Shown: in pieces, positions 49,252 through 59,979 of the stretch
Layout: each line of letters opens with the position of its first letter
Numbering within the stretch: the stretch's first letter is position 1
Assembly (NCBI GenBank): GCA_045657225.1
Contig: JAZOSR010000035.1
Span: 20,953 to 84,952 of the forward strand
Origin: Eubacteriales bacterium
Lineage (GTDB): Bacteria; Bacillota; Clostridia; Oscillospirales; CAG-272
Reading direction: 5' to 3'
Length of the DNA stretch: 64,000 nt
Translations under genes and position numbers: made by a program
Notes under the pieces: generated by a model
Seen by the model: only the letters and a program-made list of their open reading frames with translations
Databases searched by the model: none
What the model was told of the DNA's origin: nothing

Positions 49252-50100
49252 TTATTTCTCCTTTTGCAGTGAATCTGCAAACGAAATCAACTTTTGAAGT
49301 CTGTGATTGAGCCCCGATTTCGTCAGTGGCGGATTGTGTGCCTTGGCAAGCTCAAACAAGGAAGCGGCAGGCATTTCCTCGCGCAAACGAGCCGTTTGTG
49401 CAAGCTCGCTCGGCAGAGTTTCAAATCGCATGGCGGCACGGATCCGTTCAATTGCTTCAAGCGTGCGTCCCGCGGCATCCACCGACCTTGTAATATTGCG
49501 TGTTACGCAGTTGGTGGCACGGTTTTCCTCGTTGCGAATATCGCGCACGATCTTGGCGTTCATCAACTCGAAAAGCGCGTTTGTCGCGCCGAGAAAGGTC
49601 AGTATTTCTTCAATGGCGGCACTGTTTTTGATGTAGATGCCCGTGCCCGTTCGATGCGTGCGCTGCTTGGGAGCCCAACCGTTTTCAAGAAGAACACGTG
49701 AAAGGAATTCCGCGCCTTCCCCCTCCTCTGCCTTGATCTCCAAATGATAGCTTTTTTGCGGGTCGGTCATCGTGCCCGCGGCAATGACAGCGCCGCGCAA
49801 AAAATGCGCCGCGCAGTGCGCGCAATGAGGCGTATATTCCGTTTTTGTTAAAAAATCATATAATTTTTTTGACGAGAAAAGCAGGGTGTTTCTTTCCATC
49901 AGCGCCTCGCCGCGGTAAAGATCACGGTAAAGGCGGGCAATCTCCATGCGCGCGTCAAGCGAGGAAACAGAAAGCAAAATATTCCCCGATTTGGTCTGTG
50001 CGGCATTGAGAAAAAGCCCCCTTGCGTAAGCCGCCTTACAGCAAGCCTTACGCGGAGCACCCAAGATCAATTCACTTTTCAGGCGCATTGAATAATTCAT
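49252..50100 (-). CDS. whiA: DNA-binding protein WhiA
   Basis: FLRGAVIAAGTMTDPQKSYHLE, NAKIVRDIRNEENRATNC, C-terminal HTH LTKSGLNHRLQKL. Confidence 0.88.
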   Translation of the reverse strand: MNYSMRLKSELILGAPRKACCKAAYARGLFLNAAQTKSGNILLSVSSLDARMEIARLYRDLYRGEALMERNTLLFSSKKLYDFLTKTEYTPHCAHCAAHFLRGAVIAAGTMTDPQKSYHLEIKAEEGEGAEFLSRVLLENGWAPKQRTHRTGTGIYIKNSAAIEEILTFLGATNALFELMNAKIVRDIRNEENRATNCVTRNITRSVDAAGRTLEAIERIRAAMRFETLPSELAQTARLREEMPAASLFELAKAHNPPLTKSGLNHRLQKLISFADSLQKEK

Positions 50101-51014
50101 GTTTCGTTTGAGATCAACCGAATTTCAGGCTTCGGTCGAAATCCCCTTTCTCTTTGTGTAATATCCTGAATCTTTTGAATTAAATTAAGAACGTCGGCGG
50201 CAGTTGCGCCGCCCGTATTTACAATAAACCCTGCATGCTTTTCACTCACCGCAGCGCCGCCCACACGCATACCCTTGAGTCCCAACTCGTCAAGAATGGC
50301 ACTGATCGCCACGTCGGGCGCAGGGCGCAAAAATGTGCTTCCCGCACTCGGCAAGCCGCAAGGCTGTGATCTGCTTCGCCAAGCTGTGAGGGCATCGATT
50401 TCCTTGCGTATCTTAGCAGGATCGGCGATGCCCGAAAAAGAAAATGAAATACGCAAAATAATAGCATTTAAGCCTTGAAAAGAACTGTTTCTGTAAGAAA
50501 AAGTCAACTCTTTGCTAAAATACGTTCTTTTTTTACAACAGTCAAGGTCAAAAACAGTCACTGTGCGAACGCTCTCGCCAATACATTTTCCGTGCGCGCC
50601 CGCGTTCATCATCACCGCACCGCCAACACTCGCGGGTATTCCTGCGGCAAAGGCAAGATCACCAAACCCACGGGCTGCCACGCGTCTTGCCAATAGCGGC
50701 AGCGAAAGCCCCGCTCCCACTGTGGCACCGTGCGACTCAAAGCGGCAAGCATCAAGCAAGCGCGTGCGGATCACGGCGCGAAAGATCATGCCGTCGTCAA
50801 AAAGCAAATTACTACCATTCCCTATGACCGAAAACGGCAAGGAAAGCGCTTGGCAAAGGCAAACGCTCTCAACGAGCTCGCACTCACAAGCCGGGTCTAT
50901 GACAAGGCGGCAAATGCCTCCCACACGGAAGGTCGATAAGACCTTGGCATCAACGTAGGGAGTAAACTTGATATTCTTTCTCTTTAAAACTTCCTCCAGC
51001 CGCGCCCAGCTCAT
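50097..51014 (-). CDS. murB: UDP-N-acetylenolpyruvoylglucosamine reductase
   Basis: FRVGG, GNGSNLL, SAGSTF motifs; 305 aa. Confidence 0.93.
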   Translation of the reverse strand: MSWARLEEVLKRKNIKFTPYVDAKVLSTFRVGGICRLVIDPACECELVESVCLCQALSLPFSVIGNGSNLLFDDGMIFRAVIRTRLLDACRFESHGATVGAGLSLPLLARRVAARGFGDLAFAAGIPASVGGAVMMNAGAHGKCIGESVRTVTVFDLDCCKKRTYFSKELTFSYRNSSFQGLNAIILRISFSFSGIADPAKIRKEIDALTAWRSRSQPCGLPSAGSTFLRPAPDVAISAILDELGLKGMRVGGAAVSEKHAGFIVNTGGATAADVLNLIQKIQDITQRERGFRPKPEIRLISNET

Positions 51015-51703
51015 ACCAAGACCAAAGGAAGAATGTCCTTTGGCTCCTTGACGGTGTAGGTGATAGGAAGATTTTTTGTGTTGGGCATGCTTTTGGGATT
51101 AAACCAACAGGAGTCTATCCCCACGCCAATGGCGCCCGCAATATCGGAGGTAAGTGAATCTCCGATCACCAAAGCATTTTTGGGGGAAAAATCGGGTATC
51201 CTCTTTGCTACTGCCTCAAAATAACGGGGATCGGGCTTTTCGTATCCGAGTGCTTCGGAAATAAATATGTCTTTGAAATACGGCACGAAGCTTGATTTTT
51301 GGAAGCGCGCCTCCTGCACGTATTTGATGCCGTTGGTTACGATATAAAGATCGCAAAAGTCAGCAAGCGTGCGGCAAAGCTCCTCCATACCGTCCACGGT
51401 AAAGGTCTGCCTTGAGAGAAAATCCGTGTAGGTCGTTGCCATTTTTTCGGCATCAAGCGAAAATGAGTGTTCCTTGCAAAATACGGCAAAGCGCTCGGTA
51501 CGAAGCTTGCTTTTTTCAATTTCTCCGCGCTCTAATTTTTTCCACATCTGATCGTTGATGGCGCTATAAGAAAGGATCAGCTCCTCGGTGGGGGTAATCC
51601 CAAAGCTTTGCATGGTTTTTGAAATCGCAACGCGCTCGGAGAGCGAAAAATCAAATAGCGTATTATCCGCATCAAAAAGCAAGGTTTTGTATCTTACCGT
51701 CAA
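51011..51703 (-). CDS. HAD-superfamily hydrolase (YjjG-type nucleotidase-like)
   Basis: LLFDADNTLFDF (DxD), VTNG, GDSLTSDI motifs. Start placed at TTG 51703 (SD AAGGAGAG); the longer ORF-track N-terminus lacks support. Confidence 0.85.
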   Translation of the reverse strand: MTVRYKTLLFDADNTLFDFSLSERVAISKTMQSFGITPTEELILSYSAINDQMWKKLERGEIEKSKLRTERFAVFCKEHSFSLDAEKMATTYTDFLSRQTFTVDGMEELCRTLADFCDLYIVTNGIKYVQEARFQKSSFVPYFKDIFISEALGYEKPDPRYFEAVAKRIPDFSPKNALVIGDSLTSDIAGAIGVGIDSCWFNPKSMPNTKNLPITYTVKEPKDILPLVLV

Positions 51704-51855
51704 AAAAATCACTCTCCTTTTTACCGTATATCCATTATAGCTTATTTTTTTTAAAATTTCAACCCATAAGCGCTTGAAAGTAAAAGTTTTCTCTTGCATT
51801 TTCACACAATATGTAGTATAATACTAATTAATAATATCTATTTATGGAGGTTTTT

Positions 51856-53001
51856 ATGAAACAGCGCATCTTAAAACTTGGCACGCTCGGCTTCGGCGCA
51901 ATGGGCAAGACCCATGCCTATGCCGTCAAAAACCTCCCTTTTTTCTGCTCCGACCTCCCCTTTCGGGCGGAGCTTTTCGGCGTTGCGACACGCGATGTGC
52001 AAAAGGCAAAAAATGCGGCAAGCACCTACGGCATTCCCTTTGCCACGGCAAGTGAGGATGAGATCATTTATCATAAGGACGTAGATATTGTCGATGTCTG
52101 CACTCCCAATCATTGCCATTTTAACACCGTCAAAAAGGCGCTTCTTGCAGGCAAGCACGTTTACTGCGAAAAGCCGCTATGCACGACCTATGCCGAGGCA
52201 AAGGAGCTCTCGGACCTCGCAAAAAAAGCGGGCGTTACCGCCGCTATTGTATTTAATAACCGCCATCTTGCGGCAGTAAAGCGCGCAAAAGAGTTGATCG
52301 ATGAAGGAAAAATCGGCAGGATCCTTCATTTTGAGGTGCAGTATCTTCACAACTCCTGTATTGATAAAACTCGCACAGCGGGTTGGAAGCAGGATGCCGA
52401 TATTTGCGGCGAGGGCGGCGTGCTCTTTGATCTTGGCTCGCACGCGCTTGATCTTGCCGTGCTCTTGTGCGGCGAGCTTGCCACCGTTTGGGGAAAATCG
52501 CAGATCGCCTATCCCACACACAAAAAAGCTGACGGTTCGGTGTTTTACACCAACGCGCCCGAGGCGTTTTATATGCAGGTAACAACAAAAACGGGCGCTG
52601 TCGGTACCATCACCGCAAGCAAGCTGACGATGGGCGCAAACGACGAGCTTTCGTTTGCCATATACGGCGAGCGCGGCGCACTTCGCTTCTCTCTCATGCA
52701 ACCCAATTACCTTTATTTTTACGATGCCGAGGTACCCGGCGGCAATTACGGCGGCTCACAAGGCTTCACCGCCATTGAATGTGTTGGCAGATACGAAAAT
52801 CCTGCGGGCACGTTCCCCTCGCCGAAGGCACCGACAGGGTGGCTTGCGGGGCACGTGATGAGCATGTACCACTTCCTGAGTGCGGTTTATGAGGGCAGAT
52901 CCGCAACGCCCGATTTCGCACACGGCGCGTATATTCAATATCTCATGGAATTAGCGCTTGCCTCTGCCGCAGACGGCACCGAAAAGGCGGTGATGCTATG
53001 A
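51856..53001 (+). CDS. Gfo/Idh/MocA family oxidoreductase
   Basis: N-terminal Rossmann GTLGFGAMGKTHA; CEKP motif; start at MKQRILKLG after SD GGAGG. Confidence 0.88.
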   Translation: MKQRILKLGTLGFGAMGKTHAYAVKNLPFFCSDLPFRAELFGVATRDVQKAKNAASTYGIPFATASEDEIIYHKDVDIVDVCTPNHCHFNTVKKALLAGKHVYCEKPLCTTYAEAKELSDLAKKAGVTAAIVFNNRHLAAVKRAKELIDEGKIGRILHFEVQYLHNSCIDKTRTAGWKQDADICGEGGVLFDLGSHALDLAVLLCGELATVWGKSQIAYPTHKKADGSVFYTNAPEAFYMQVTTKTGAVGTITASKLTMGANDELSFAIYGERGALRFSLMQPNYLYFYDAEVPGGNYGGSQGFTAIECVGRYENPAGTFPSPKAPTGWLAGHVMSMYHFLSAVYEGRSATPDFAHGAYIQYLMELALASAADGTEKAVML

Positions 53002-53597
53002 CCGTCATAGGCCTCACGGGCGGTAGCGGCGCGGGTAAAAGCCTTGCCGCAGATATTTTTAAAAAGCATGGCGTGCCCTCGCTTAACGCCGATCAAATTT
53101 ACCACGAAATTTTATCGCAAAAAGGCAACTGCACAAAGGAGATTGCCGATGCCTTCGGGCAAGAGGTTTTAGACCCCGAGGGATTCGTTGTGCGCCAAAA
53201 GCTTGCCGCCGCCGTCTTTGGCAAAAAAGACACGCCCTCTCTTTTGCATACTTTAAACACAATCACCCATAAATATGTTATGAGCGAGATCCGCAAAAGG
53301 TTGAATGATCTGAAGATCAATGGGTGTCGCGCCGCTTTGCTTGATGCGCCACAGCTGTTTGAAGCAGGGGCTGACAAGGATTGCGACGTGATCGTCGGTG
53401 TGATCGCCCCGCGTGACCTGCGCGTGGCACGTATTATGGCGCGCGACGGCTTGGACGTTACTACCGCCAAGGCACGTATTAACGCACAGCCAAGCGACGA
53501 TTTTTACCGAACAAATTGCCACGTGATTCTTGAAAACGACCACGACGAAGCGGCGCTCGAACAACGAATCAAGGAGCTGCTTGCTCTGTGGGGGTAA
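52998..53597 (+). CDS. coaE: dephospho-CoA kinase
   Basis: IGLTGGSGAGKS P-loop; 199 aa. Confidence 0.93.
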   Translation: MTVIGLTGGSGAGKSLAADIFKKHGVPSLNADQIYHEILSQKGNCTKEIADAFGQEVLDPEGFVVRQKLAAAVFGKKDTPSLLHTLNTITHKYVMSEIRKRLNDLKINGCRAALLDAPQLFEAGADKDCDVIVGVIAPRDLRVARIMARDGLDVTTAKARINAQPSDDFYRTNCHVILENDHDEAALEQRIKELLALWG

Positions 53598-53598
53598 A

Positions 53599-54174
53599 TT
53601 GAGTATTCGCAAAAGTATTCTCTTTAAAACGGCGATTGTCGCCGTTTTGATGGCAATGCTGCTCATAGCAGCGGCAGATGCCTTGACGAATTCTTTACAG
53701 CAAAAACGGGAGCGCGAGCTGCTTCCCGCCGTACTTCTTTACAGTCAAACCTACCGTCTATCACCCGCGCTGGTGTTAGCGGTCATTAAAACCGAAAGCG
53801 ATTTTCGACCGCGCGCCGTATCGCGGGCAGGGGCTATGGGGCTGATGCAATTAATGCCCGACACATTTTTATATCTTTCAAAGGAAAAATTCGGAGAAGA
53901 TCATAAGCAAGCAGAGCTTTTTGACCCAAGCGTCAACCTGCGCTTCGGTTGCTATTATCTTTCCTATCTTTTTGAAAGATTTGAAGATAAAAATACCGTT
54001 CTTGCCGCATACAACGCGGGCGAGGGACGCGTGTCGGCGTGGCTTGACGATCCTGCGCTTGCAAGGGACGGAAGGCTGATCAGCATTCCTTTTGCCGAAA
54101 CGGCGGCGTACGTAAAAAGCGTCAACAACGCCGAGAGCGCATATCAAAATAAATATCATTTTAAGGAGAAATAA
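53599..54174 (+). CDS. lytic transglycosylase (SLT domain), membrane-anchored
   Basis: ESDFRPRAVSRAGAMGLMQLMPDT, AAYNAGEGRV motifs. Start placed at TTG 53599 (SD TGGGGG) just after the coaE stop. Confidence 0.85.
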   Translation: MSIRKSILFKTAIVAVLMAMLLIAAADALTNSLQQKRERELLPAVLLYSQTYRLSPALVLAVIKTESDFRPRAVSRAGAMGLMQLMPDTFLYLSKEKFGEDHKQAELFDPSVNLRFGCYYLSYLFERFEDKNTVLAAYNAGEGRVSAWLDDPALARDGRLISIPFAETAAYVKSVNNAESAYQNKYHFKEK

Positions 54175-54175
54175 A

Positions 54176-55564
54176 ATGGATACCCAAAAGCTGGCAGCAG
54201 AGCTGCTTTACCGCAAAAAAAGTGTGTATGAAACAAAGAGCGGTGACGATATTGATGCCGCCTATGCCTATGCCAAAGGCTACGCCGCCTATCTTGACGC
54301 CGCAAAAACCGAGCGCGAGGCGGTCACCACGTCTCTCAATATGGCAATCGAGAAAGGCTTCAAGCCCTATACCATGGGCATGCCGCTTACCGTTGGCGGT
54401 AAATATTACTATAACAACCGCGGCAAGAACCTCTATCTCTTTACCGTAGGTAAAAAGCCGATCGATGAGGGCATTCGCATCTGCGCCGCACACATTGATT
54501 CTCCCCGCATTGACCTCAAGCAATGCCCCCTTTATGAGGAGGACGGCATGAGCTTCTTCAAAACGCATTATTACGGCGGTATTCGCAAGTATCAATGGGT
54601 GGCAACGCCCCTTTCCTTGCACGGCGTTATCATCAAAAAGGACGGCTCTACCATCACCGTAAACATCGGTGAGGACGAGGGCGACCCCGTATTTTATATC
54701 AACGATCTTCTCCCCCACCTTGCATACGACGGTAGCGAAAAGCTGCCCATCGGCGAAGCGATTCAGGGCGAGAAGCTCAACATTCTTGTTGGTAGCCGTC
54801 CGATCGATACCGAGAGCGACAATGCCATCAAGCTCAACACCCTTTATCTCCTCAACCAAAAATACGGCATCACCGAAGCTGACCTTCTTTCTGCCGAGCT
54901 CTGTGCCGTACCCGCCTTTAAGGCACGCGACATCGGCTTTGACCGCTCGCTCGTTGGCGCATACGGTCACGACGACCGCGTTTGCGCTTACCCTGCTCTT
55001 TCGGCAATTCTTGAGGCAGATGCACCCGAAAACACCATCATGTGCATTCTCGCGGACAAGGAGGAAACGGGTAGCGAGGGTAACACGGGCATGAAGAGCG
55101 CCCTGCTTCCCGATTTGATCAATGAGATCTCCCGTGCGCTTGGCGGCAACCCCGCACTTGTGCGCGCCAACTCCAAGTGCCTTTCTGCCGACGTTTCCGC
55201 GGCATACGATCCCAATTTCTCCGCCGTGTTTGAAAAGCGCAACACTCCCCTCTTGTCCGCGGGTGTAGTCCTGATGAAATTCACAGGCTCGCGCGGCAAA
55301 TCCGCGACCAACGACGCCAGCGCCGAATATATCGGGTGGCTGCGCCGCGTCATGGAGAAAGAGGGCGTCATTTGGCAAGCGGGTGAGCTTGGCAAGGTCG
55401 ATTGCGGCGGCGGTGGCACCGTTGCCAAATATATTGCAGGTCACAACATTGAAACCGTTGACCTCGGTGTGCCTGTTATTTCTATGCATGCTCCCTTTGA
55501 GGTGATCGCCAAGGTCGATCTTTTTGAGGCATACCGTGCCTTCACCGCCTTCTGCCACGCCTGA
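54176..55564 (+). CDS. M18-family aminopeptidase
   Basis: 462 aa; AAHIDSPRIDLK, GAYGHDDRVC, DKEETGSEG, VPVISMHAP metal-site motifs. Confidence 0.88.
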   Translation: MDTQKLAAELLYRKKSVYETKSGDDIDAAYAYAKGYAAYLDAAKTEREAVTTSLNMAIEKGFKPYTMGMPLTVGGKYYYNNRGKNLYLFTVGKKPIDEGIRICAAHIDSPRIDLKQCPLYEEDGMSFFKTHYYGGIRKYQWVATPLSLHGVIIKKDGSTITVNIGEDEGDPVFYINDLLPHLAYDGSEKLPIGEAIQGEKLNILVGSRPIDTESDNAIKLNTLYLLNQKYGITEADLLSAELCAVPAFKARDIGFDRSLVGAYGHDDRVCAYPALSAILEADAPENTIMCILADKEETGSEGNTGMKSALLPDLINEISRALGGNPALVRANSKCLSADVSAAYDPNFSAVFEKRNTPLLSAGVVLMKFTGSRGKSATNDASAEYIGWLRRVMEKEGVIWQAGELGKVDCGGGGTVAKYIAGHNIETVDLGVPVISMHAPFEVIAKVDLFEAYRAFTAFCHA

Positions 55565-56628
55565 TGCTGGATAAATTAACAGCCGTAGCGGCAAGGTTCG
55601 CCGAGCTTGAAAGCAAGTGTGAATCTCCCGAGGTTTTCACCGATACGGAAGCCTACACGGCGCTGATGAAGGAATACCGCAAGCTCGAGCCGACGGTTGC
55701 CCTTTACCGTGCGTACAACGCCGTTTTGACCGAACTGAACGAAGCACGCGAGCTTGCCGCCGTATCTGATACGGAGCTACGTGAAATGGCGCAAGCCGAA
55801 TGCCGCTTGCTCGAGGAAAAGGCAGAGGCGCTTTTGAATGATTTAAAGATCAAGCTTCTTCCAAGAGATGAAAACGACGACCGCAACGTGATCGTTGAGA
55901 TCCGCGCGGGTGCGGGCGGTGAGGAGGCGGCACTTTTCGCCGCTGTGCTTTACCGTATGTACACAATGTACGCCGATTCCGTTGGCTTTAAAACCTCTGC
56001 GCTTTCCGCGAATCAGACCGAGCTTGGCGGCTACCGTGAGATCACGTTTATGGTGGAGGGTGAGGGCGCTTATTCCCGCTTCAAATTTGAATCGGGTGTG
56101 CACCGCGTACAGCGCGTGCCCGTGACCGAATCGCAAGGGCGCATTCAAACCTCAACCGTGACCGTCGCGGTCCTGCCCGAGGCCGAGGAGGTGGACGTGC
56201 AGATCAACCCTGCCGACATCGTGATCGAATCCTGCAAGAGTAGCGGCGCTGGCGGTCAGCACGTCAATAAAACCGAGTCTGCCGTGCGCCTCACACACAA
56301 GCCAAGCGGTATTGTCGTTGAATGCCAAGAGGAGCGCAGTCAGTTCAAAAACCGCGACAAGGCAATGAAAATGCTGCGCACAAAGCTCCTTGATATTGAA
56401 AGGACGGCACAGCAGGAGCAAATTGCCACCGCACGTCGCACACAAGTGGGCACGGGCGATCGCAGTGAGCGCATCCGCACCTATAATTATCCGCAGGGGC
56501 GCGTCACCGATCACCGCATTTCCCTGACGCTCTACACACTTGAAAAGATCCTCAACGGCAATGTGGGAGAGCTGATCGACGCCCTCATTACCGCGGATAC
56601 CGCCCTGAAATTACAAAGCGAACAGTAA
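55564..56628 (+). CDS. prfA: peptide chain release factor 1
   Basis: GAGGQHVNKTESAVR (GGQ), RVPVTESQGRIQTS region typical of RF1. Confidence 0.96.
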   Translation: MLDKLTAVAARFAELESKCESPEVFTDTEAYTALMKEYRKLEPTVALYRAYNAVLTELNEARELAAVSDTELREMAQAECRLLEEKAEALLNDLKIKLLPRDENDDRNVIVEIRAGAGGEEAALFAAVLYRMYTMYADSVGFKTSALSANQTELGGYREITFMVEGEGAYSRFKFESGVHRVQRVPVTESQGRIQTSTVTVAVLPEAEEVDVQINPADIVIESCKSSGAGGQHVNKTESAVRLTHKPSGIVVECQEERSQFKNRDKAMKMLRTKLLDIERTAQQEQIATARRTQVGTGDRSERIRTYNYPQGRVTDHRISLTLYTLEKILNGNVGELIDALITADTALKLQSEQ

Positions 56629-56640
56629 GGAGGTTTTCTC

Positions 56641-57681
56641 TTGAAAACCGAAATTTTTCAAATAACCGATCCTGCCGCAAGCGCGGAGCTTATCGACCGC
56701 GCGGCGGCAAGGCTTCGTGACGGCGGTCTGGTCGTCTTTCCCACCGAAACCGTTTACGGCATCGGCGGTGATGCAACAAGCGCCGATGCGGCAGGCGCGA
56801 TATACGCCGCAAAGGGTCGTCCGTCGGACAACCCCCTCATTATACATATCGCCACGCCCGAGGACGCGGAAAAATACGCCGTAACAAGCGAAACCTATTA
56901 TAAGCTTGCCGCACAGTTTATGCCGGGACCGCTTACCGTGATCTTACCAAAAAAAGACACTGTCCCAAGCGCTGTGACGGGTGGGCTTGATACCGTGGCG
57001 ATTCGCTGTCCCGCGCATCCCGTGGCAAGCGCCCTGATCCGCGCGGCAGGCGTGCCGATCGCCGCCCCCTCTGCAAATACATCGGGTAAGCCCTCCCCCA
57101 CCCTTGCCGCCCACGTAATCGAGGACCTTGACGGCAAGGTCGATATCATTATTGACGGCGGAGAATGCGAGGTGGGGCTTGAATCCACCATTGTGGCGCT
57201 TCACGGCGAGGATGGCGTGCTTTTGCGCCCCGGCGCGATTACCTATGACGCGCTTTGTTGCGTTTGTAAGACCGTAACGGTGGCACCCGCGGTAACTGCG
57301 GCACTTGCCGAAAACGAGCGCGTGCTCTCACCCGGCATGAAATACCGTCATTACGCCCCCAACGCCTCCCTTGTTCTCCTTGACGGCGAGGAGGAACGCG
57401 TACTTTCATTTATGAAAAATGCCGCGAAGGACAAGACTGTCGGCATCATTTGCTATGACGAGGAGCAGGCGCTCTTTGAGAAGCAAGCCACGATCTTTTC
57501 GATCGGCGAAAAAGCCGATCTCAAGACGCAAGCGCACCGCTTGTTTGCAGTTTTGCGACAGTTAAACGACCACCAAGGGCTTTCAACCGTTTATGCTCAT
57601 CTGCCCCCCAAGGAAGGATTAGGGCTTGCCTTATATAACCGCTTGATCCGTGCCGCCGCGCACACTGTAAAACACGTTTAA
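56641..57681 (+). CDS. tsaC: L-threonylcarbamoyladenylate synthase (Sua5/YwlC long form)
   Basis: VVFPTETVYGIGGDA, SANTSGKPSPT motifs; prfA neighbourhood. Confidence 0.92.
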   Translation: MKTEIFQITDPAASAELIDRAAARLRDGGLVVFPTETVYGIGGDATSADAAGAIYAAKGRPSDNPLIIHIATPEDAEKYAVTSETYYKLAAQFMPGPLTVILPKKDTVPSAVTGGLDTVAIRCPAHPVASALIRAAGVPIAAPSANTSGKPSPTLAAHVIEDLDGKVDIIIDGGECEVGLESTIVALHGEDGVLLRPGAITYDALCCVCKTVTVAPAVTAALAENERVLSPGMKYRHYAPNASLVLLDGEEERVLSFMKNAAKDKTVGIICYDEEQALFEKQATIFSIGEKADLKTQAHRLFAVLRQLNDHQGLSTVYAHLPPKEGLGLALYNRLIRAAAHTVKHV

Positions 57682-57708
57682 ATACCGAAAGGAAGGTAAC
57701 ATACCGAG

Positions 57709-59964
57709 ATGGCAAAGAAAAAGAACTCTCCCGTAACAGAGCTCTCTCGCATTATCCCTGCCCCCGCAACGCCACAGCCCATTACCGAAACGATCGAGAA
57801 AAACTATATGCCCTACGTCATGAGCGTCATTATCTCGCGCGCCATTCCCGAGATCGACGGCCTCAAGCCCTCGCACCGCAAGCTTCTTTATACCATGTAT
57901 AAGATGGGACTTTTGAACGGCGCGCGCACCAAGAGCGCAAATATCGTCGGTCAAACGATGAAGCTGAACCCGCACGGTGATGCCGCCATTTACGAAACGA
58001 TGGTGCGCTTAACGCGCGGTAATGCGGCACTCCTGCACCCACTCGTTGACTCAAAGGGTAGCTTTGGTAAGCAATATTCGAGTGATATGAAATATGCCGC
58101 CTCGCGTTATACCGAGGCAAAGCTTGACGGTATTTGCACGGAGCTTTTCAGTGGCATTGAAAAGGATGCGGTGGATTTTGTTGACAACTACGACAACAGT
58201 ATGAAGGAGCCGGTTCTGCTCCCCACTACCTTCCCGAACGTCCTTGTCACCCCGAACGTCGGTATCGCGGTTGGTATGGCGTCCAATATCTGCTCGTTTA
58301 ACCTGGCGGAAATTTGCGACGGCACGATTGCCCTGCTCAAAAACCCCAAGGCTTCGATGGATCGCATTCTTGATCTTGTCAAAGCCCCCGATTTTTCGGG
58401 AGGCGGTCTGATTATTTACGACCGCGAGCAGATGCGCCGTATTTACGAAACGGGTCAGGGCTCATTTAAGATTCGTGCGCGTTATTCCTATGATAAAGCG
58501 TCACAGTGCATTGATATTTTGCAAATTCCCTACTCCACCACGATCGAGGCGATCCTTGACAGCATTACCGACCTTGTCAAGGAGGGTAAGATCAAGGAAA
58601 TCGTTGACTTCCGAGATGAGATCGACCTCAACGGCTTTAAGCTCACGCTTGACCTGAAGCGCGGAACAGATCCCGACAAGCTGATGAATCGCTTGTTTAA
58701 GCTGACGCCCCTTGAGGATAGCTTCAAGTGCAACTTTAATATTTTGATCAACTCCACTCCCCGTCAGCTCGGCGTGGTCGATATTCTGAAGGAATGGATC
58801 AGCTTCCGCATCGGGTGTGTACGCCGCGAGCTTAGCTTTGATCTCAAAAAGAAGCGCGACAGACTCCATCTCGTCACGGGTCTTGGCAAAATTTTGCTTG
58901 ATATTGATAAAGCCGTGCGCATCATCCGCCACGCGGAAAGCGACGACCGCGTCGTGCCCGAATTGATGGCAGGCTTCTCCATTGACGAGGTGCAGGCAGA
59001 TTACATTGCCAATATTAAGCTGCGCAACCTCAACAAAAAATACATTGTCAACTGTATTGAGGAAATGGAGAGCCTCAAAAAGGATATTGCCGAATTTGAG
59101 GAGATCTTGGCGGACGAGCTGAAGATCCGCGCCCGTATTGCCAACCAACTGACCGAAATTAAGAAAAAATACGGTCAGCCCCGTCGCTCACAGCTGATAT
59201 TTGCCAGCGACATTCCCGAGGAAGAAGAAGAAAACACCGTTGAGAACTATCCTGTTCGCCTTGTACTGACAAAGGAGGGCTACTTCAAAAAGATCACCTT
59301 CCAGTCCCTGCGAGGCAACGATGAGCAACGCCTCAAGGAGGGTGATAGCATCCACCAGCTCTTTGATGCTGAAAACAAGGACAATCTCATCATCTTTACC
59401 GACAAGGCACAGGTCTACAACGTCGCGGTTGACGATTTTGACACCACCAAAGCATCCGCTATGGGTGATTTCTTGAGTGCAAAGCTCGGTATGGACAAGG
59501 ACGAGCGCCCTGTCTTTATGCACGTACAAAACACCTATCCCGACGGTGAAAATATGGTCTTTATCTTTGAAAACGGTAAGGGCGTGCGCGTACCGATCTC
59601 GGCTTACGCCGCCAAGGGCAACCGCCGCAAGCTGAAAAACGCATTCTCCGACGCGTCGCCGCTTGTTGCAGCTTTTTACGAAAAAGAGAAAGAACCTTTC
59701 GATATCCTCTTGCTTTCTGACGCGGATCGTGCTATGATAATAAAGAGTTCGCTTTTGCCCATCATGTCAACACGTTACGCAAACGGCAACGCCGTCATGA
59801 CCTTTGGCAGACGCGAGAAGCGCATTGTGGAGGCACTGACCGATTATACCGCGCGCTTTGGCGACGGTAAGGGATATCGCAAATATAAGATACCCGCCAC
59901 GGGTGTGTTACTCAATGAAAAAAATATTGATGCCATGCAGATCAGCATGGACGACAAATTATAA
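57709..59964 (+). CDS. type IIA topoisomerase subunit A (ParC/GyrA-like)
   Basis: YMPYVMSVIISRAIPEIDGLKPSHRKLLY, HPHGD-type NPHGDAAIYE, catalytic AASRYTEAKL. No B subunit gene adjacent. Confidence 0.88.
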   Translation: MAKKKNSPVTELSRIIPAPATPQPITETIEKNYMPYVMSVIISRAIPEIDGLKPSHRKLLYTMYKMGLLNGARTKSANIVGQTMKLNPHGDAAIYETMVRLTRGNAALLHPLVDSKGSFGKQYSSDMKYAASRYTEAKLDGICTELFSGIEKDAVDFVDNYDNSMKEPVLLPTTFPNVLVTPNVGIAVGMASNICSFNLAEICDGTIALLKNPKASMDRILDLVKAPDFSGGGLIIYDREQMRRIYETGQGSFKIRARYSYDKASQCIDILQIPYSTTIEAILDSITDLVKEGKIKEIVDFRDEIDLNGFKLTLDLKRGTDPDKLMNRLFKLTPLEDSFKCNFNILINSTPRQLGVVDILKEWISFRIGCVRRELSFDLKKKRDRLHLVTGLGKILLDIDKAVRIIRHAESDDRVVPELMAGFSIDEVQADYIANIKLRNLNKKYIVNCIEEMESLKKDIAEFEEILADELKIRARIANQLTEIKKKYGQPRRSQLIFASDIPEEEEENTVENYPVRLVLTKEGYFKKITFQSLRGNDEQRLKEGDSIHQLFDAENKDNLIIFTDKAQVYNVAVDDFDTTKASAMGDFLSAKLGMDKDERPVFMHVQNTYPDGENMVFIFENGKGVRVPISAYAAKGNRRKLKNAFSDASPLVAAFYEKEKEPFDILLLSDADRAMIIKSSLLPIMSTRYANGNAVMTFGRREKRIVEALTDYTARFGDGKGYRKYKIPATGVLLNEKNIDAMQISMDDKL

Positions 59965-59979
59965 GGAAGGTACAATCCA

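Noticed and set aside
54161-55594. 477-aa ORF on the minus strand
   Set aside because: It is a shadow of the M18 aminopeptidase gene on the plus strand. It has no recognisable motifs and the opposite frame carries all the family signatures.
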